Of a DNA stretch of 64,000 nt, positions 58,101-64,000 are shown one piece after another. How positions within the stretch are numbered: the stretch's first letter is position 1; each line of letters opens with the position of its first letter. The notes beneath the pieces are model-generated. The model was not told where the DNA came from. It was given only the letters and a program-made list of their open reading frames with translations, and made no database searches. This stretch comes from Antedon mediterranea (taxonomy: Eukaryota; Animalia; Echinodermata), in the NCBI RefSeq assembly GCF_964355755.1, contig NC_092671.1, positions 40,248,304 to 40,312,303 on the forward strand, given 5' to 3'. The position numbers and the translations under genes were made by a program.

Positions 58101-61100
58101 ACAAATATTGTAATGATATGTCCAAATATGGTAGTGATATCATATGACATCATCGTGTCCATATATGGGCACTTTTTTTGGCACATAAAGTGTTATAGTG
58201 TAGACAGAGCTTTATGTTTCCAAATGTAATCTATATTCACACTAAGGAATGTTATTTTGTTGTTTTACAGGGATATTCTGATAAGGAATACAGGGACCGG
58301 AGGAAGAATATAGCAGAAATTGCCTTCAAATTTAGACAGTGAGTTTCTCTATCCCATCATGGATGTCTTTCTTCTTATTCAGTCTACACTATTAAACTAG
58401 TTTGACAAAAAAGTGTGATGTGCCCAAATATAGTAGTGATATACCCAAATATGGTAGTGATATGACATCATCATGTCCATATATGGGCATATAATAATTT
58501 GTTGTCACATAAAGTTTGATAGTGTAGACAGAGCTTAATTCTGTAATTCTTGAAACCGGATTCTTCAACAGCACCCTCTACAATTCATTTGACAAAAATA
58601 ATACTATCCACTAATATGCTGCAATGCATTGTGGTTCTGTATTTAGCAGAGAGGTCCCTTTACATAATATCTAAATTTGAAATATTCCGGACGATTAAAA
58701 TCTTTATAACACCGAACGTTTAAGATGTTAGTTTAGAAAAGTGAGACTATATTAATGTGTTTTTTTCTATTTTAGTGGACATCAGATTCCACGAGTTGAA
58801 TATACTGAGGAAGAAACAAAAACTTGGTATGTACACTCTCAGAAAAAGAATTAATACATTTGATACATTTAATACAATCATTTTATACTTAGTTAATAAC
58901 GTAATAATGAATAATTATTTATTATATTTCATTGTAGGAAACATGTATATACTACATTGAAAGATTTATTTCCAACTCATGCCTGTAAAGAGCACATCAA
59001 CGTGTTCAAAATTCTGGAGAAAGAGGGTTTATATAGGTAATGCATTACTGTTGTTGATTGTCAAAACATTTCATAAAACAATATCTAAATAGCATCCTCT
59101 ATTTCGAAAAACTTGTAAATTAATACATTTCTTCTTTTCTGCAGCCCAGACAAAATCCCACAGTTGGAAGATGTGTCAAACTTTCTCAAACGTAAGTTGC
59201 TATTATTTTATCTTATGTTCCATTATTAGGTGCGGATCGTGGGAGTCTGAGGACTCTTCCCCAGCAGAAAGTGCTCATGTTTCCCCTTTGAAAGTCATAC
59301 ATACCTTATTATATTATGTGAATTTGTTTTGTAGATCAATCAGGTTTCCAACTTCGACCTGCAGGTGGACTTCTAAGTGCTCGTGACTTTTTGGCGAGTT
59401 TAGCGTTCCGTGTTTTTCAATGCACACAATATGTACGTCACTGTACTTCGCCCATGCACACACCAGAACCGTAAGTTTTCCTTTACTCATATTTCTTTTT
59501 ATTTTTTCTGATGTTTTTAATTGTACTACATATATAATTATAATTACTAGATGGTTCTCGAATACATAGTACTCATCGTAAAAAAACTGGCGATTTCAAA
59601 TGTACGTACCGCATGACTATAAAACATTGTCGTTTACAGAAACAAATAAATAGACACAATGATTTATGCAGTCAACCAAAATTAGCACCCTGCGAATTAC
59701 TTCCAAAAGAGAAACTTGTCACAAAATGAGTCAAAATGTTTGATTTGGACTCATTTAAACAAACCCAATTTGTGTTTTGTATCTGACATTAGGGTTGAGG
59801 GTTGGGGGATGAGGATGGATACAAAGAGGAACAATTTTAAGCATGGTTATACCAAATAATTTGGAATGTTCCATTCATTGCAAATCAATACATTTGTATA
59901 AACGTATATTAAATCTATCAAAATAGTATTTTTTAAAGAAAATCGGCCTGTCTTCAACATTATGATACTGTACTCGAGCTGTTCAACCAGTTTTCAGACA
60001 TTAAAAGCAATTATCGTAGGAGGAGATAGGAAAATGCGAAGCATCCTCGTATTATTGTATGCGGGTATTTTTCACGATGGACATGCATCCTTCGTCTGTC
60101 TCCGATGAAGCTCTTGCTGAAAGATTTTCTGTGTTTTTTGTAAATAAAATTAAATCAATTCGTGATTCACTAGAAAATGAAAATACTGGCGAAGTTATAA
60201 CTGCTTCTGATAAATGTAATATATCTTATGGTTTAACTAGGTCTATACGGTTTTCTCAGTTCGAACCTGCAAGTGATGAGGAAATTTTAAAAATTGTCAA
60301 AAATTCTCCCTCTAAATCATGTGCACTTGACCCGGTACCAACTTCACTGATTAAGAAATGTACTTCTGCATTTATTCCATTAATCACACATATTGTTAAT
60401 AAGTCTCTTGAAAGTGGTTCTTTCCCAGAGTCTCTAAAAGTCACCCATGTTCGACCCACATTGAAAAAAAAGGTCTAGATCCCGAGATTCTGAAAAACTA
60501 CAGACCTATCTCGAATCTTAGTTTTTTAGGAAAAATAATTGAGAAGGTTGTTTCTAAACGGATTTTGTCGCATGTACAAAAACATGGCCTACTTGATCCG
60601 TATCAATCTGCCTACAAAGCGCATCACAGTACTGAAACGGCATTACTTCGTGTAAATAATGACATCCTACGTGGGATGGATGATGGAAAGCTAACTGCTC
60701 TAGTATTATTAGATTTAAGTGCAGCATTTGATACGGTTGATCATTCTGTGTTGCTAAATAGACTCAGTACTTATATTGGTATTGAAGGAAATGCACTTGA
60801 TTGGTGTCGGTCATATTTGGAAAAACGACCTCAACACGTATGTATTGGTGATGCTATTTCAAAAGCTTCTTTTCTAAACTTTTCGGTACCACAAGGATCT
60901 GTTCTTGGGCCGCAATGGTTTACTATTTATTTACACCCGATACGGGATATCATAAGTAAATATGATCTGTGCTATCATGTTTATGCTGATGATACTCAGA
61001 TTTATATTTCTTTTAAACCTACTATGAAACACAGTGACATTTCTTTGGAATTGCTCCAACATTGTATCTATGAATTGCGTGTCTGGATGAAAAACAACTT

Positions 61101-64000
61101 TCTTAAATTAAATGATGAAAAAACAGAATTTGTTCTCTTTGGATCAAAACAGCAGTTGGAAAACTGCCACCAAGCTTTATTCACATTGGTGAAACCCAAA
61201 TTGACCCGGCTAGGCAGGTTAGAAATCTTGGGGTTGAAATGGATGTGGGTATGACTATGATTTCTCATATCTCAAAAACTATTTCTGCGTCGTCTTTTCA
61301 CTTGCGAAACATTCGAAGGATTCGTAAGTTTATAAATGAGACAGCAGCTAAACAACTTGTTCATGCTTTTGTCACTTCACGACTAGATATGGGAAACTCT
61401 TTGCTATACGGGCTACCACAAAAACAACTCCACAGGCTCCAACTGATTCAAAATACAGCGGCACGAGTTGTTAAAAAATTACCAAGATATGGACACATAT
61501 CAAATACTTTGGAAATATTGCATTGGCTCCCTGTTAGGTACCGCATTGCTTTTAAAATATTACTCTTTGTTTTTAAGTCTATAAATGGCATGGCTCCTGA
61601 ATATATTTCTGACATGCTTAGGCTGTATGTTCCCGGACGTAATCTGCGCTCTAGTGACTCGCTGCTTCTACATCAGCCTAAGTCTCACCACTCATGGGGT
61701 GACAGAGCATTCTCCGTTACTGCTCCTCGTCTGTGGAATGCTCTACCGAGCTCTATAAGATTTTGCAAAACTGTTGATACTTTTAAAAAATTATTAAAAA
61801 CACATTTATTCATTAAGGCATATGGAAATCATGAGGTTTCTTAAAAGTTCTTAAAGTTGTTTAGACTTAGAATTGTTTTGTATACCTTTTCCTGGCCAGC
61901 ATTCTCTTTGGGGTGCCTCTGTCTTGGTTGTTGTCTCTGAGCACCCGGTCGTCTGTGGCAAGGCAAATGTGTATCCTGCTCCTTTGTTTGGTCACCTAGG
62001 TAGGGGTCCGGGACCGCGACAGAATGACAACGGATGGGGACCCTCCAAAGAAATTGCATTTTATTTGCCAGGAATTTGTATGATTTATTTCTTTTTTATT
62101 TTTAAATGCGCCTTGAGCACTCTGGAGTGGTATGTGCGCTATAAAAATCTTATTATTATTTATTATTATTATTAGACAGTGTATACCACGATCGGAAAAC
62201 ACCCTTATTTTGGGGGCAAATCGTTGAACCTAAATTCGTTTTAATTGTCAATAACTAATTATCTAACTCAATTTAATTGGTAAACAGGGTTACATCACGT
62301 GGTTAAAATCAGTACCGAAAGTACGAACCAACTTTATATACCATCGAGTAAACATTCTAGAAGTAACGCGCAATTTACCGAATTTTGCCCTTACGTAAAT
62401 TTATATATAGATACCCAAATCGCTGTACCGTATACGTAGGCCTACTATTAATTACAGCAATGTAGTATTTGCATCCAAAGTAGCACAGTGACCTGTTGTG
62501 AGTGAAGTTGAATGTCAATTTCGATTTATCATTAAAATCTTTATTTATTACGTAATACTTTTTACAATTTTCAGGGATTGTTGCCATGAACTACTTGGTC
62601 ACGTGCCTATGCTAGCTGATCCAGAATTTGCTCAATTTTCACAAGTAAGAACCATTTATTTTGATTCATCAGTAAATAAGGCCATAAGTGTTGTATGGTA
62701 TTTATTTCATAAATTATTATTAAATGTTCTCTTTTTACTCACAATTGCAATTTTGAAGATGATGTGTTTTTATTTTATTTAGGAAATCGGTATTGCTTCG
62801 CTTGGTGTTTCAGATGAAGATATTACAAAATTATCTACGGTAAGTTAAAGCATTGTAGATAAACAAAAGGACACATTCTCGGTTAACATTGTCTTTTTAT
62901 TTATTTATTTATTTATTTTATGACGTATTTATATTTATTATTTGTATTATCTAGGTTTATTGGTTTACAGTAGAGTTTGGTCTGTGTAAAGAGGGCGCCA
63001 GTACTAAGGCTTATGGAGCTGGTCTACTCTCAGCTTATGGAGAACTAAAGGTGATTCACATTAACTGGTTATTCCTTTCCTGTCCCCCAAGATTCTACTA
63101 CCAGTGTTAACACGCGCAACACTAGGTCGTAAGCGCATTGTGACAAATCGCGCGTTTGCGACCAAATGGGAACCCAAGCTTTAATTCATTAGGGCCTACA
63201 TTATTTAATTGTGAATGGGTCCCGATACAATTCTTATAATTCCTCCTGTTATTATTGATATTATTATAATTTATTTATTATTATTACTATTTAACAATAT
63301 ACAGGATTACACAATCAGGTAAAAGAAAACCTTTTTAGCATCGTGGTCCTGTCTTTAAAAAAATCAGGGAAAAAAATGTTTCGTTTTGTGAAAAAAAATG
63401 AGATCGATATCTAGCTTTGAGTGAAGCAATTGTTGGGGAATATTTAATTTATATCTCTATTTTTGTTTTAATTGACAGTTTGCGTTATCAGATGAACCCG
63501 AGCAACGAATGTTTGAGCCGTCAGTAGTTGCTGTACAAGAATACCAAGACCAGACATATCAACCCATCTACTACGTCACACAATCTTTCGAAAAAGCCAA
63601 AGCACAGATGAGGTTAGTAGTGTTTATTCAATATGATGACATCACAGAGTGCGTGATAAACATGATGACGTTTAAAATATAATAATAATGATTATGATGA
63701 TAATGATGAGGATGATAATGATGATGATGATGCTAATGATGATGATGATGCTAATGATGATGATGATGATGTTGATAATGATGGTTATGATGATAATGAT
63801 GATGATGATAACGATGATGATGATAATAATGATGATTATGATGACAACGATGATATATTTTGCTGAAAGTAAACAATTAAAATCAATGACAAGATAGTAA
63901 AGCAATTAATAACATTTCCGTATAATTTTCTACAGGCAATTTGTAAGCAATATGAACAGACCTGTACAGTTACGTTACAATCCATTCACACAGTCCATAG
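43167..64000 (+). CDS. TH: Tyrosine 3-monooxygenase (tyrosine hydroxylase), 3'-partial
   Basis: Exons 43167-43220 (less certain), 45934-46173, 51563-51728, 56478-56566, 58271-58338, 58776-58826, 58938-59036, 59145-59191, 59335-59470, 62575-62644, 62783-62839, 62955-63050, 63479-63612, 63936->64000. TH-diagnostic motifs RKQSLIED (Ser40-like), [57 protein letters not shown]. Confidence 0.97.
43496..43622. mobile_element. MITE family A copy
   Basis: TIRs present; TAA/TAA flanks. Confidence 0.8.
46230..47995 (+). pseudogene. Two diverged copies (about 46230-46520 and 47622-47995) of a decayed non-LTR RT fragment
   Basis: Both contain tttattgatctttccaaagctttt (FIDLSKAF) and caRggctctcttctcggacctc (QGSLLGP). 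Confidence 0.65.
47229..47455. repeat. G/T-rich imperfect repeat (ggtggtagttaagttgtcc / gggttagggg)
   Basis: Direct inspection. A related block lies at 47997-48085. Confidence 0.8.
50120..50342. repeat. Degenerate repeat of about 20 bp (gcgtttcatttaccgttta)
   Basis: Direct inspection. Confidence 0.75.
52235..52659. repeat. 37-bp minisatellite, about 11 copies
   Basis: Unit cttctacccttactgtctccaccctctattcaccagc. Confidence 0.93.
53366..55413. mobile_element. hAT-type non-autonomous element carrying an internal satellite of about 200 bp
   Basis: 8-bp TSD GGCTAGGC (53358-53365 and 55414-55421). Imperfect TIR CAGCGTTGCCA / TGGCAACTATG. Subterminal AWTAATGCC/ATTATGCC repeats at both ends. About 5 tandem units of about 200 bp at about 53730-54800. 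Confidence 0.85.
55951..56164. repeat. 37-bp minisatellite, about 6 copies, same unit as 52235-52659
   Basis: Direct inspection. Confidence 0.93.
58053..58211. mobile_element. MITE family A copy (another at 58381-58535)
   Basis: TIRs present. The two copies bracket TH exon 58271-58338. Confidence 0.82.
59547..62411 (-). mobile_element. Helitron-like element (copy 2, internally shorter), split by a LINE
   Basis: 59547-60088 and 62174-62411 are reverse complements of parts of 8616-10051. Confidence 0.6.
60089..62173 (+). mobile_element. L2-clade LINE, 5'-truncated, two frameshifts
   Basis: RT motifs [48 protein letters not shown]2-type C-terminus [30 protein letters not shown]. (ATT)n tail. 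Frame breaks near 60470 (A-run) and about 61170. Confidence 0.92.
63675..63853. repeat. (ATG/ATA)n trinucleotide microsatellite in a TH intron
   Basis: Direct inspection. Confidence 0.95.

Noticed and set aside
63672-63905. Poly-Met and poly-Ile ORFs
   Set aside because: Trinucleotide microsatellite.

Overview
AT-rich, intron-rich animal genomic DNA. It is probably from an invertebrate deuterostome; this is inferred from vertebrate-like intron positions, not shown. Five protein genes can be rebuilt exon by exon from GT-AG boundaries. (1) The 3' part of an anoctamin/TMEM16 gene (+, 66..11441). (2) A three-exon gene for a single death-effector-domain protein (+, 16118..18304). (3) A FAM167-like gene (-, about 20020..20940) head-to-head with (4) a complete 13-exon phenylalanine hydroxylase (PAH, +, 21963..39668). 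(5) Tyrosine hydroxylase (TH, +, 43167..>64000), 3.5 kb downstream of PAH. The introns hold a Penelope-like retroelement with inverted ends and hammerhead-ribozyme motifs, an L2-type LINE nested in a Helitron-like element, hAT-, Kolobok- and Harbinger-type non-autonomous DNA elements, and many minisatellites. The most unusual signals are in the anoctamin gene. One is a pair of homologous 75-nt, apparently mutually exclusive exons at the start of TM3. The other is an 18-copy 75-bp array that amplifies an exon/intron junction, so each extra copy is an AG/GT-flanked, in-frame 45-nt cassette encoding the Ca2+-binding EYLEM helix. Exon coordinates were read by eye and no searches were run.
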